A DNA stretch of 64,000 nt from a virus. The stretch covers positions 36,524 to 100,523 of the IMG/VR virus record IMGVR_UViG_3300028786_000007. One strand, written 5' to 3'. Positions 10,158 through 19,129 of the stretch are shown piece after piece. How positions within the stretch are numbered: the stretch's first letter is position 1; every line of letters begins with the position of its first letter. The position numbers and the translations under genes were made by a program. The notes under the pieces are model-generated. The model was given only the letters and a program-made list of their open reading frames with translations. It did not search any database and had not been told where the DNA came from.

Positions 10158-10270
10158 GCTAAGTCTCCAATTCTTTGATGATTTCTACGAACGAATACAC
10201 AATAATGCCCGAGAGTGGCAAGTAGACATGAGACCACGCCGCATGAAATGCGGAGAAAGCCACAGCTAAC

Positions 10271-11185
10271 ATGGCAGTTGAGAACAAAATTATCAATGCC
10301 GAAAGCGGTGGCCAGCGCTACGAGAAGAACCCGCGCTCCTCCGCCTACGGTCCTGGGCAATTTCTCAGCTCAACTTGGCTGAACATGATCTCTCGCTACC
10401 GGCCTGACCTCATGCAAGGCCGCGACTCGGCGGCCGTGTTGGCGCTACGCACCGACCCTACGCTCAACGCCGAGATGACCCGGCGTTACGGCGAAGAGAA
10501 CGGGCGCTTCCTCGCCTCCAAGGGCTTTGAGCCGAACGAGGGCAATATCTACCTCGCCCACTTCGCCGGCCCCTCGGGCGCAGTTAAGCTGCTCCAGAAC
10601 CCGGATAAGCCAGCCGCGGAGGTACTGGGCCCAGCCGTCGTAGAGGCCAACCCCTTCCTGGCCAATTGGAAGGCCGCGGACGTCGACGCCTGGGCGGACC
10701 GGAAGATGGGCTGGAAGCCGGTAACAGGCGCTCCTCTGCCCAGGGAAGCCGCGGACGCGATGGCGCAGAGCTCATCACCTCCCCCTATCCCAAAAGATGC
10801 AATCGCTAGCGCGGCCGGATCTCCCAATTCGGCTCCGGCCGCCGCTCAACCTCAGAAGGAAATGGCCGTGCTACCTTTTCTGGCTTCTCTATTCGGCGGT
10901 GGCGCGGGGGCCGGAGCCGCGGCGGGCGGCGCAGCCGGCCTGGGCTCTCAGCTCTCCGGCAGTGGCGGGTTGCTCTCTAGCCTCTTCGGTGGTGGCGAGG
11001 GCGGCGGCTTCGACTTCTCCAAGATGATGAATGATGGTGGTCAACCTGACCCCACCAATCCCCTCGCCGGCCAGCCCGGCGCTCCCCCCATGGGCCTGAT
11101 GCCGCGGCCACAGGTGGACATGCGTGGCCTACAAGCCATGATTGCGAACCGTCCGCAACTCGGTGGTCCGGGAGTGCTGAGATGA
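10271..11185 (+). CDS. Virion-associated lytic transglycosylase (lysozyme-like fold) with Gly/Pro-rich tail
   Basis: AESGG...NPRSSAYGPGQFLSSTW...IYLAHFAGP motifs. Confidence 0.8.
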   Translation: MAVENKIINAESGGQRYEKNPRSSAYGPGQFLSSTWLNMISRYRPDLMQGRDSAAVLALRTDPTLNAEMTRRYGEENGRFLASKGFEPNEGNIYLAHFAGPSGAVKLLQNPDKPAAEVLGPAVVEANPFLANWKAADVDAWADRKMGWKPVTGAPLPREAADAMAQSSSPPPIPKDAIASAAGSPNSAPAAAQPQKEMAVLPFLASLFGGGAGAGAAAGGAAGLGSQLSGSGGLLSSLFGGGEGGGFDFSKMMNDGGQPDPTNPLAGQPGAPPMGLMPRPQVDMRGLQAMIANRPQLGGPGVLR

Positions 11186-12249
11186 CCCTTTGGAAATGGT
11201 CTCAGACTGCGGCCACAAACTCTAACGTCGATTCTACGATTAATTTCGCAGAAGGTCAGGCCCCTTCCAGCGTCAATGATTCGGCGCGAGCGCTTATGGC
11301 GGCCGTGGCCAAGAAGCGTGACGACGATTCCGGCAATCTGCTTACGACCGGTACTTCCACTGCATATGCGGTTAGTTCCAATCAGGTTTTAACCGCCCTT
11401 ACAGATGGCTTTAGTATCACGGTGCGGATCAATGTTGCCTCTGGCCTTGATCCGACCTTGAACGTAGACACGCTGGGTGCGAAACAAATTCGCACTGTTT
11501 TGGGCACGAACCTCCCCACGGCGGCCTTCTCCTTGGGTGGTATCTATACCCTTACCTATGATTCCACGGATGACGCTTGGATTGTGCATGGTCGATTTGG
11601 AGATAGCCTCAATGCTACATCCGCGCCTGACCTAGTTGCAATTGAAGCGCTTTCGGGCACGGGCATTCTTCGGCGAACAGGGTCCAATACTTGGGACGTT
11701 GACGCCAGTGTTGCCGACTTGGCGGACACTACGGCAAATCGCCTGTTTGGTACGAACGGCAGCGGTGTTTCCGGTGTCATTACTGTCGCGGCACCTCTAA
11801 CTCTTTCAAGTAGCGCGTTAAGTGTGAGCGCGGCCAGCGATACAGTCTCTGGAACAATCGAAATCGCCACCCAGGCGGAGCAGGTTACGGCAACAGACAC
11901 CACGCGCGCCTCGACGCCGGGGCGGCAGATGCACCACCCCGCGCACCCGAAGGCGTGGGCGAACTTCGAGCAAACCGGAACTCAGTCAATCCGCGAAAGC
12001 TACGGCGTGAGTTCGGTGACCGATGACGGTCAGGGCAAAACAATCGTCACGTTCTCAACGGCTTTTGCCGCCACGACCTATGGTGTTGTTGCGACTTGCC
12101 AAGACACCAGCACGCAGGGCGACGTCATGGCATCGATCAATGCATCTGGGGCTAAGACGACGACGCAAATTCAAATTGCTTGCAACAGTTCGTCGGCAAA
12201 CCTCTTCGATTCCGATCAGATTGGCATGATTGCGGCGGGGGGCCAGTGA
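11182..12249 (+). CDS. Tail fibre / tail protein
   Basis: N-terminal WSQTAATN..EGQAPSSVNDSARALMA head-binding-like segment; TLNVDTLGAK; C-terminal KAWANF..SYGVSSVTD fibre domain. Confidence 0.75.
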   Translation: MTLWKWSQTAATNSNVDSTINFAEGQAPSSVNDSARALMAAVAKKRDDDSGNLLTTGTSTAYAVSSNQVLTALTDGFSITVRINVASGLDPTLNVDTLGAKQIRTVLGTNLPTAAFSLGGIYTLTYDSTDDAWIVHGRFGDSLNATSAPDLVAIEALSGTGILRRTGSNTWDVDASVADLADTTANRLFGTNGSGVSGVITVAAPLTLSSSALSVSAASDTVSGTIEIATQAEQVTATDTTRASTPGRQMHHPAHPKAWANFEQTGTQSIRESYGVSSVTDDGQGKTIVTFSTAFAATTYGVVATCQDTSTQGDVMASINASGAKTTTQIQIACNSSSANLFDSDQIGMIAAGGQ

Positions 12250-12773
12250 TCGCGAAACAGATCCTGTTCACCCGGCCGGACGGCGCGGTGTCGATTTGCA
12301 CGCCTGCCCCCGAGTGCATGGATTGGCTTGCCTGCGGCGGATATTGGGACGGCCGAGGATTGGACATCGATGAGCAAATCGAAAGGTCTGTGGCGGCGGG
12401 ACATCACGAACACGCGGCGCGGCGCTTTGTTCGCGCCATGGATAGAGGCGGTTGCACCACAGCGGAAGCCTACGAAATCATCCGCGACCGCGATTGCGGC
12501 CACCTTGGAAGCGCCTTCGAGCTTGTCGCGCCGGAAGAGTTGCCAGACCGCTGGTTCCGCAACGCTTGGCGGCGGTCGCACAATGGTGGCCCGATCTGCG
12601 TTGACATGGCTGCCGCGCGCCGCATCCAAAGGGCGAGGCTTGCCGATTTCGCCGAGCACAGACGTGTTGATTTATCTTGGCCACGCTGGCGCGAGCGAAT
12701 GAGGCGCGCACAAACGCCGGAAGCATTGAAGGCAATCTGGCCCAAACTAACAAGGCTGTCCCCGTGCTCATAA
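12246..12773 (+). CDS. Tail fibre assembly/chaperone-like protein
   Basis: GTGA overlap with upstream stop; ELPDRWFRNAW and TPEALKAIWP motifs; lies between two fibre genes. Confidence 0.6.
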   Translation: MIAKQILFTRPDGAVSICTPAPECMDWLACGGYWDGRGLDIDEQIERSVAAGHHEHAARRFVRAMDRGGCTTAEAYEIIRDRDCGHLGSAFELVAPEELPDRWFRNAWRRSHNGGPICVDMAAARRIQRARLADFAEHRRVDLSWPRWRERMRRAQTPEALKAIWPKLTRLSPCS

Positions 12774-14929
12774 AAACTGACATCAATGCTCGCAGCGAGG
12801 CGCTACAGACCGCTTTTCTACGGAAAAGCGACATCCCAGCGACCGACACTCAAGCGGCCATTGAGTATTTGCGTGCACTAATCTCTTCACTGACACTATT
12901 AGTCCCACCCCTTAGTGCTGATTATATCGTCGGAACTGCTAATGGAACTTTAACCGCAGAACGAGTTGCTACCGATACAGCGACGATCGATGTCGATATC
13001 GCCACAGCCGGGCAGGCGAAGTGGAATATTATTGCGGATAGCGTCGATAATACATTCCTCGCCAATATGGCCCAGGCCACCCTCAAAGGCCGCGCAGCCG
13101 GCGCGGGGACCGGTGATCCGACCGATCTAACTCCTGCCCAGGCCAAGGCGGTTGTTGGTCTTCCGACCGCCAGCACCGACAATATGATCCCGCGCTTTGA
13201 CGGGACCAGCGGTGATCTTCAGACGTCCACCTTGCTGCTCGGCGATACTGGGCCGCTGACTCCGACCGCCAATGACGGCATCGCACTCGGTTCGGGTACG
13301 CTCGCTTTTTCCGATTTATTTCTAGCGAATGGGGGCGTCGCCAATTGGAACAACGGCAACTATACGCTCACCCATAGCGCGGGAAATCTTACTGCGGCGG
13401 GCGGCCCATTCACGGCTCCGAGCTTCATCCCCTCTGGCTCAACCGTGCCCAGCAATGGCATGTACCTCCCGGCCGCCAACACGCTCGGCTGGGCTGTCAA
13501 TACGACGATTGAGTTGCAACTCACCGGCACGGCGCTGTCGCCGGGGGCCGATGGCGGGTCTTCGCTGGGAACGACAGCGCTCGGATGGCAAAATCTATTC
13601 GGGAACACTGGCTTCGTCCTCAACGTCGAAAACGGGGACTGGGTCGCCACTCATACGGCAGGGATTCTGACGGTTGGCACTGGCGACCTTCGCGTCACGA
13701 CGGCGGGAACCAACGCGGCGTCTGCGGTGACGGTTGGCGGCACGCAGACGCTGACCAACAAACAACTCACTGCCGCGACGGTGAACACCAGTTTCACGCC
13801 GACCGCCAATGACGGTTCGGCGCTGGGCTCTGGCACGCTCTCCTTCTCTGATCTCTTCCTCGCCACGGGCGGCGTCCTCAACTGGGTAAACGGCAACTAC
13901 ACGCTTACCCATAGCGCCGGGAATCTGACGGCGGCCGGTGGTCCGTTCACTGCTCCTAGCTTCATTCCATCTGACTCGACCGTTCCCAGTAATGGCATGT
14001 ATTTGCCCGCTGCGAACACACTTGGTTGGGCTGTTAACACGGCGATCGAACTGCAACTTACCGGCGCGGCGCTTTCGCCAGGGGCTGACGGGGGGTCATC
14101 TCTTGGGACGACAGCACTTGGCTGGCAGAACCTGTTTGTCAACACTGGGTTTGTCCTCAACGTCGAGAACGGGGATTGGGTTGCCACACATACGGCAGGC
14201 ATTCTGACAGTCGGAACTGGCGACTTGCGCGTCACCACGGCGGGAACCAACACAGCCAGCGCCGTTACGGTGGGTGGCACGCAGACGCTGACCAATAAGA
14301 CGCTGACCAACCCAACCCTCGGTGCAAGTTACCTACAGGCGGCGGAAATCGCCACGCCATCTTCACCGGCCGCTGATAATTTGCGCATTTACGCCAAGGA
14401 TGTTGCGGGTACAACTAGGCTGCATACGCTTGACAGCTCGGGTACGGAAACAATGCTGGGCTCAGGTGGAGGTGGCATTACCGCCTCGACAGTTCAGGCA
14501 GCGACATCGGGAACGGCAATTGATTTCAGCAGCCTGCCCGCCGCTATAAAGCGAATAACCGTTATATTCGACTCCGTCTCATTGAGCGGCACGGACAATT
14601 TCCTGATCCAACTCGGCGACAGCGGCGGAATAGAAACGACTGGCTACACGTCAGAAACTGGCAACAGAGGGGCGGTGGCCACGTCAACAGCCGGGTTTAT
14701 CTGGTATGGCAACTCCGCCGCAGGCGATTCATTTTCCGGCCACATGACAATCACCCGCATTACGAGCAATAGCTGGGTGGCCTCTCATGCTGCGGGTTCT
14801 ACCGGCGGCAGAGAGGTGATTACCGGAGGTGGCCGCAAGGATCTGAGTGACGAGCTGACGCAGATTCGTATCACGCGAAGCGGCACGAACACGTTCGACG
14901 CTGGCCAGATCAATATCTTCTACGAGTAA
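12764..14929 (+). CDS. Tail fibre protein with internal 179-aa-period duplication
   Basis: Thr/Gly/Ser-rich; TQTLTNKTL motif; GTG start chosen at 12764 (ORF track starts at 12677). Confidence 0.8.
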   Translation: MLIKTDINARSEALQTAFLRKSDIPATDTQAAIEYLRALISSLTLLVPPLSADYIVGTANGTLTAERVATDTATIDVDIATAGQAKWNIIADSVDNTFLANMAQATLKGRAAGAGTGDPTDLTPAQAKAVVGLPTASTDNMIPRFDGTSGDLQTSTLLLGDTGPLTPTANDGIALGSGTLAFSDLFLANGGVANWNNGNYTLTHSAGNLTAAGGPFTAPSFIPSGSTVPSNGMYLPAANTLGWAVNTTIELQLTGTALSPGADGGSSLGTTALGWQNLFGNTGFVLNVENGDWVATHTAGILTVGTGDLRVTTAGTNAASAVTVGGTQTLTNKQLTAATVNTSFTPTANDGSALGSGTLSFSDLFLATGGVLNWVNGNYTLTHSAGNLTAAGGPFTAPSFIPSDSTVPSNGMYLPAANTLGWAVNTAIELQLTGAALSPGADGGSSLGTTALGWQNLFVNTGFVLNVENGDWVATHTAGILTVGTGDLRVTTAGTNTASAVTVGGTQTLTNKTLTNPTLGASYLQAAEIATPSSPAADNLRIYAKDVAGTTRLHTLDSSGTETMLGSGGGGITASTVQAATSGTAIDFSSLPAAIKRITVIFDSVSLSGTDNFLIQLGDSGGIETTGYTSETGNRGAVATSTAGFIWYGNSAAGDSFSGHMTITRITSNSWVASHAAGSTGGREVITGGGRKDLSDELTQIRITRSGTNTFDAGQINIFYE
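13259..14299 (+). repeat. Two-copy in-frame repeat (537-nt period) in tail fibre
   Basis: 13259-13762 vs 13796-14299: about 168 aa with about 10 aa differences and many synonymous changes. Confidence 0.95.
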
Positions 14930-14980
14930 GAAGAAGGCTACATTGAAATTGTATAACAAATGCATTGACAGCAAGAATCA

Positions 14981-15032
14981 TCGTCTTGCATTTCGGGCAC
15001 AATAAAACCCGCCGCAGTTTCCCGCGGCGGGC
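14981..15032 (-). terminator. Intrinsic terminator, repeat copy 1
   Basis: CCCGCCGC/GCGGCGGG stem followed by TTTTATT on the - strand; between convergent genes. Confidence 0.75.
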
Positions 15033-15053
15033 CTCCATTACTCCTCAGGAAGA

Positions 15054-16130
15054 TCAGGCGGCGACTTCCATCGCCCGCCATTCCTTCGCCGGCAGCTCCA
15101 TCACTTTCGCCCCGAGCGCCTCCAGCTGCACCGAGCGGTCGTAGCTCGGCACGTCCTGGGCCATGCGCGTTACCGCATTGGCGAAGCCCCAACGGGAAAG
15201 GTCGCCGCCCTGCAGTAGGTGGGTGAGCACCGAGACCTGCTCTTCACCGTTCAGCCCGACCTGCTTGGCCAGCACTTCCACGGCCTTATCCGGGCGCTTG
15301 GTCTCCATATGCACTTCCGTCGCGGCGCGCATCCGGCCCAGGACCTTATCGAAGTTCTCCTGGGTGAAGATGCCGGCCGCTACGTCGCGCGCCTTCATCA
15401 ACAGCACTTTGTCCTCGGCGACCTTCGTCTCGTCACGCAGCAGCTCATAGGCGGCCTCGTCGCCGGCCTGACGCTTGCCGAGGTGGAACGCCCGGAACTT
15501 ACCGTCCGGCAGGATCATGCCGTTGAGGCAAGCTAGTCGATAGGCCAGCAGCGCGATAGAGAGCGCTCCAGCACCGACTTCGGAATTGGAGGCGACCGTC
15601 CCGGCATACATCGTATCGCCGACCTTAACCTCACCCTGCACCTTGGGGGTGATGGCCTTAATATACATCCGCGATTCGGTCAGCGAGCATTCCGTGACAG
15701 TGAGCCCCTCGATCGCACCCAGAGCCGGCATCAGCTGCTCCAGGAAGTCCTCGTTGTCGAGCGGGCGATAGGCGTTGGAAAGATAAGCGCGGGCGGTGCG
15801 GTTGGCGTCCTTCTCCAGGGTGCGGATCAGGCGCGCGGTCGGCTTACGCTTATTGATGCGGTTGACGGTAAGGGCGAGCAGCTTGGGGTCTTCGCGTTGC
15901 AGCTTCTTGAAGAACACCGCGGGCACGCCAGCATGGGAGCCAACCTGCTCGAGGAAGAGGTCCGTCATCGCGTATTCGGCCGGGCGGCTCTTGATGCCCA
16001 GGACGAGGGAATTTTGGCTGTTGTCGTAGCGCAGGTGCATCTGGTTGCTCGGGGCAATGATGTCCTTGCGGGAAGCAATATTCGTCGAAACCTGCTCAGC
16101 GAGCTGCTGGAGGGTGATGCCTGCTTTCAT
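15054..16130 (-). CDS. DUF932-family phage protein
   Basis: RAYLSNAYRPLDN, NSEVGAGALSI, RLACLNGMI, FRAFHLG, ANAVTRMA motifs. Confidence 0.75.
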   Translation of the reverse strand: MKAGITLQQLAEQVSTNIASRKDIIAPSNQMHLRYDNSQNSLVLGIKSRPAEYAMTDLFLEQVGSHAGVPAVFFKKLQREDPKLLALTVNRINKRKPTARLIRTLEKDANRTARAYLSNAYRPLDNEDFLEQLMPALGAIEGLTVTECSLTESRMYIKAITPKVQGEVKVGDTMYAGTVASNSEVGAGALSIALLAYRLACLNGMILPDGKFRAFHLGKRQAGDEAAYELLRDETKVAEDKVLLMKARDVAAGIFTQENFDKVLGRMRAATEVHMETKRPDKAVEVLAKQVGLNGEEQVSVLTHLLQGGDLSRWGFANAVTRMAQDVPSYDRSVQLEALGAKVMELPAKEWRAMEVAA

Positions 16131-16194
16131 GGTCAGTCTCCGGTAAAGGGGTCAAAGGCCAGAGCAACAGAGGCTCTCTCCCGCCCACTCCAGG

Positions 16195-16223
16195 ACTTTA
16201 CTATTGCCGCCGGCAGAAGTAAA
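16195..16223 (-). promoter_or_regulatory. Phage promoter, family TTTACTTCTGC (TTTACT-N17-TAAAGT)
   Basis: Same 11-mer and 17-nt spacing as three other copies; upstream of the DUF932 gene. Confidence 0.7.
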
Positions 16224-16235
16224 CCCACTAAGTGC

Positions 16236-16288
16236 TCGTCTTGCATTTCGGGCACAAAAAAGCCCGCCGCGGCTGAAGCTGGGCGGGC
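16236..16288 (-). terminator. Intrinsic terminator, repeat copy 2
   Basis: GCCCGCC stem plus T-run on the - strand; 33/35 nt identical to 14981-15015. Confidence 0.75.
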
Positions 16289-16305
16289 TAGGAGCATTCA
16301 GTGCG

Positions 16306-17604
16306 TTATGGGCGCGCAGGCGCGGCCGGGATGTTGGGGACGAAGGTCGCGGCGGGCTGGCTGGGCGCAGGGAGAAGCATTTTGCCCAGCTCCGCGATAT
16401 TGCCCGGCAGCACGACCAAATTCGACGGCAGGCCGTGAGCCTTCAGGCCATCACTTAGCCCCTCAAGTGCACGGATAGTGGCTAGCCGTTCCAGGGTCGC
16501 CATGACCGGCGCAATTTTATCCGCGGCGTAACGGTCATTTAGCGCTTTCTGTACAATCGGATCATATTCGAAGGTCGAACCCCACCCGATATAGTCGAGG
16601 GTGATGCCGAACTCCTTGATCAGGTACTCGCGCACCTCGTCCTCGGCTCCGATTATATCCTTGCCATCTGCGCCCTTGCCGCCGTTGATGATGATTTCCG
16701 CATCAGCGTTGATCTCATCCACGGTGCGCACCGAGAAATATTTGCAGAGCAGGCTTTGCAGCTTACCCTTGACCACCGTATCCATGGCCTCGGTGAGGTT
16801 CTTGCCCTGGAACACGGACTGCCACTTCACTTGCGGATCGTCACGGTTGCCCTGAATCGGGCGGATGCCGAACCGGTAAAGAAAGCGTGGCGCGTCTTTC
16901 TCAAACACAGACGCCGCAATGGAGATCTCCACCGTGATGTCATGGCCGCCCTTCGATTGGCATTGCAAGGATTCATTGCCATCGCCCGTGCCACCTTTGT
17001 TCCGCCATTCCCGAGCATAGGGCGCACGATCAACGATGATCAACCGTCCGGCCGGCACGAAAAAGTCGAAGGTGTAGGAGGAGCCGGCCAGCTTGGTGTG
17101 GGGGATGTCGAAGCGCTTGACAGCGATCTTGTTCTCCCGGTAGTAGGCTTCCGAGCCGAACTCCGTTTGCGACGTCTTGTTGTCGCCGACGTCCGGCAGG
17201 TAGAAGGCGCTCTCGTTGGGCGCGACCCAGTAAACCTCCGGATAATTGGTCTTGTCGTAGTAGGCGCTCGCCGGCTGGGCAGACGTTGCCAAGGTCAGGA
17301 CCAGGGCCGCTGTGGTCAGCGCCGCGATCAAGGCTTTGCCGGGCTTCCACCAAATCCACACGACCAGCAGTAGGAAGACCAGGAAGGGGATGCCCAGCTG
17401 CGGCGCGAGCTTCATGCCGTAGGTGGACGTGACGTAACTGACATCGTCGGCCGCGAGCTGGCCACCGGCCGCCTTACCCGCGGCGAGCGTCGCCACTGGA
17501 TTGAGCAGGTGATTGAGGAACGCATAAACGCAATACAGCACGAGGGTAGAAAGTGCGCGGAGGGCCAATGAGGAAGCCCGCAGCGCAGGAGGCTGCTCTG
17601 TCAT
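16306..17604 (-). CDS. SPFH/Band-7-like membrane protein
   Basis: N-terminal hydrophobic segments, then VAPNESAF, LQCQSKGGHDITVEISI, EFGITLDYIG; true start at 17604 (AAGGA RBS) because the longer ORF overlaps a tRNA. Confidence 0.6.
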   Translation of the reverse strand: MTEQPPALRASSLALRALSTLVLYCVYAFLNHLLNPVATLAAGKAAGGQLAADDVSYVTSTYGMKLAPQLGIPFLVFLLLVVWIWWKPGKALIAALTTAALVLTLATSAQPASAYYDKTNYPEVYWVAPNESAFYLPDVGDNKTSQTEFGSEAYYRENKIAVKRFDIPHTKLAGSSYTFDFFVPAGRLIIVDRAPYAREWRNKGGTGDGNESLQCQSKGGHDITVEISIAASVFEKDAPRFLYRFGIRPIQGNRDDPQVKWQSVFQGKNLTEAMDTVVKGKLQSLLCKYFSVRTVDEINADAEIIINGGKGADGKDIIGAEDEVREYLIKEFGITLDYIGWGSTFEYDPIVQKALNDRYAADKIAPVMATLERLATIRALEGLSDGLKAHGLPSNLVVLPGNIAELGKMLLPAPSQPAATFVPNIPAAPARP

Positions 17605-17638
17605 GAAAGATGTCCTTTTGGTTGGAATGCCAGGCCAT

Positions 17639-17712
17639 TGGAAGGGTGGATGGGAGTTGAACCCACTTATCCGGATTTGCAATCCGTCACATGACCGTTC
17701 TGCCACCACCCA
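17639..17712 (-). tRNA. tRNA-Cys (GCA), CCA encoded
   Basis: TGGGTGG TG GCAGAACGGTCATGT G ACGGA TTGCAAA TCCGG ATAA GTGGG TTCAACT CCCAT CCACCCT T CCA; U73 discriminator; 1:72 and 27:43 mismatches. Confidence 0.9.
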
Positions 17713-17725
17713 TACAATTAAAATC

Positions 17726-17873
17726 CCCTAGCAGGTCAGGAGAAAATTGTCCCCCAACTCCTGAATTCAGAAGCGGTCTTACTACCTGAAGGCTCAGGAT
17801 TTTACAGCCGTCGTAGTTTCAGGGCCATTGGCTTACGTGCCGCACGCGTGTACCTACCACGCCGCCGCTAGGG
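17726..17873 (-). ncRNA. tRNA-like structured RNA with expanded central arm
   Basis: Closing stem CCCTAGCGG/CTGCTAGGG, D-arm-like GCGTG-GTAGGTA-CACGC, 3' arm TCAGGAG/CTCCTGA, nested internal helices. Confidence 0.55.
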
Positions 17874-17921
17874 TTTACTCAGCGGCCGTTGATCACCGGC
17901 CGTGAGAAGCTCGTTAGGTGG

Positions 17922-18167
17922 TCAAGATACCTTGACCCACCGCATCGTGGTCTGCAGGAGTTGATCGTAGTCGCCGGCCATCGCTTCATTGCGATAGGCG
18001 TCGCGCTCCTCCGTGGGAATGCCAGCCCGGCGCATCGCCTTGGTGACGAGCGCCATAATATTGAAGGCGTTGCCATCCGCGCCGGTCAGCTGCACTTCAA
18101 TGTCCGGGTATTTCGGACCCGTCGCTTCCGGTTCCACCGCCTCCGGCTGGGCTGTTTCTTCGCTCAT
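17922..18167 (-). CDS. Phage hypothetical protein
   Basis: 81 aa, AAGGA RBS; VQLTGADGNAFNIM motif recalled from other phage proteins. Confidence 0.7.
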   Translation of the reverse strand: MSEETAQPEAVEPEATGPKYPDIEVQLTGADGNAFNIMALVTKAMRRAGIPTEERDAYRNEAMAGDYDQLLQTTMRWVKVS

Positions 18168-18432
18168 TTAGCATCCTTTCCAGGTTATCGGCCGCGGCCT
18201 TGCAGGTTTTATCAGGCACCGTCTCGTAAGGCGACGGGTCGTAATTGTCCGGGTCGAGCCGCGGGCAGGAAGAACCCATGTCGTAGAAGCACTTCGGCTG
18301 GTCAGCATCAAGTTCGCACCGCGGGCATTGCCGCCCTTTCCTCCAGTCTTTGGGCAAGATGCGTACTTTGCGGGTGCGGAGGTGCTCGATCAGTTCGAGG
18401 ATTTCTTCGTCGGTGGCGACCTCAATGGCCAT
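18097..18432 (-). CDS. Hypothetical protein (CxxC)
   Basis: Abuts upstream gene; GAGG RBS. Confidence 0.5.
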   Translation of the reverse strand: MAIEVATDEEILELIEHLRTRKVRILPKDWRKGRQCPRCELDADQPKCFYDMGSSCPRLDPDNYDPSPYETVPDKTCKAAADNLERMLNERRNSPAGGGGTGSDGSEIPGH

Positions 18433-18696
18433 TTACTTGTCCTCGTTGTCCTCGATAATAGGCGGGTTGAACAGCACGTGCGGGAACATCATTTTTATGC
18501 TGCGAACGTCTAAGTCTCGGGGCGACGCTGAACTTTCCACGCCTCCCAGGCAGATCACGCCTTCCGCGCGTAGGGCAGAATTACCTTGGGGGTATTGCTT
18601 CTCATAGAGGCGGGTGATCAGGAAAGCGGCGGTGGGCTTACGCTTCTTGTCCGTGCGGATTTGCCCGACAGCGAACTCGTCCTCCAGGGTCGTCAT
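18433..18696 (-). CDS. Hypothetical protein
   Basis: ATGA-coupled in the - strand gene run. Confidence 0.55.
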   Translation of the reverse strand: MTTLEDEFAVGQIRTDKKRKPTAAFLITRLYEKQYPQGNSALRAEGVICLGGVESSASPRDLDVRSIKMMFPHVLFNPPIIEDNEDK

Positions 18697-18905
18697 GCAT
18701 TAAGCCTCGCGCAAATGAAGCGAGCTGCTTCCTCGCCCACATCGATGCAGATGGGCCAATGCTTGTCTTTGGTGCCCGTCTTTTTACCCTTGCCATCAAA
18801 AACAGGGTCAGTGCGGATAAAATCCGTCCGGTCGTAAACCGAATAGCAGATATCACCATCTCTATCGAAAGTGTCCACGTAGTAGCGGTCTTGCCCCTGG
18901 GCCAT
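18693..18905 (-). CDS. Hypothetical protein
   Basis: GAGGAG RBS; coupled. Confidence 0.6.
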   Translation of the reverse strand: MAQGQDRYYVDTFDRDGDICYSVYDRTDFIRTDPVFDGKGKKTGTKDKHWPICIDVGEEAARFICARLNA

Positions 18906-18906
18906 C

Positions 18907-19125
18907 TCAATGCTCCTCCTCTACACGCTTCCGCCAATCCGGCCGTAACTCACTGCCATTGACGGTGATTGTATCCAATATCGAGTTGGCATAAATGCGC
19001 AACTCCTTGCCCACTAAGGTCGGCGAGAGGCGCTTCAAAGCGCGCACAATGCGACTTTGATGGGAGCCCGGCTGGGCGAGCTCTTCCGCGAAAAACTGGC
19101 AAAATAACGCGCTTTGGTAGGACAT
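18907..19125 (-). CDS. Hypothetical protein
   Basis: Fills gap in tightly packed operon. Confidence 0.5.
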   Translation of the reverse strand: MSYQSALFCQFFAEELAQPGSHQSRIVRALKRLSPTLVGKELRIYANSILDTITVNGSELRPDWRKRVEEEH

Positions 19126-19129
19126 CGTC

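Noticed and set aside
13259-14299. Diversity-generating retroelement TR/VR pair in the tail fibre
   Set aside because: Both copies are in-frame coding, differences are mostly synonymous and not adenine-specific, and no reverse transcriptase is seen
17605-17709. N-terminal extension of the SPFH ORF (start 17709)
   Set aside because: Overlaps tRNA-Cys; a better RBS and ATG lie at 17604
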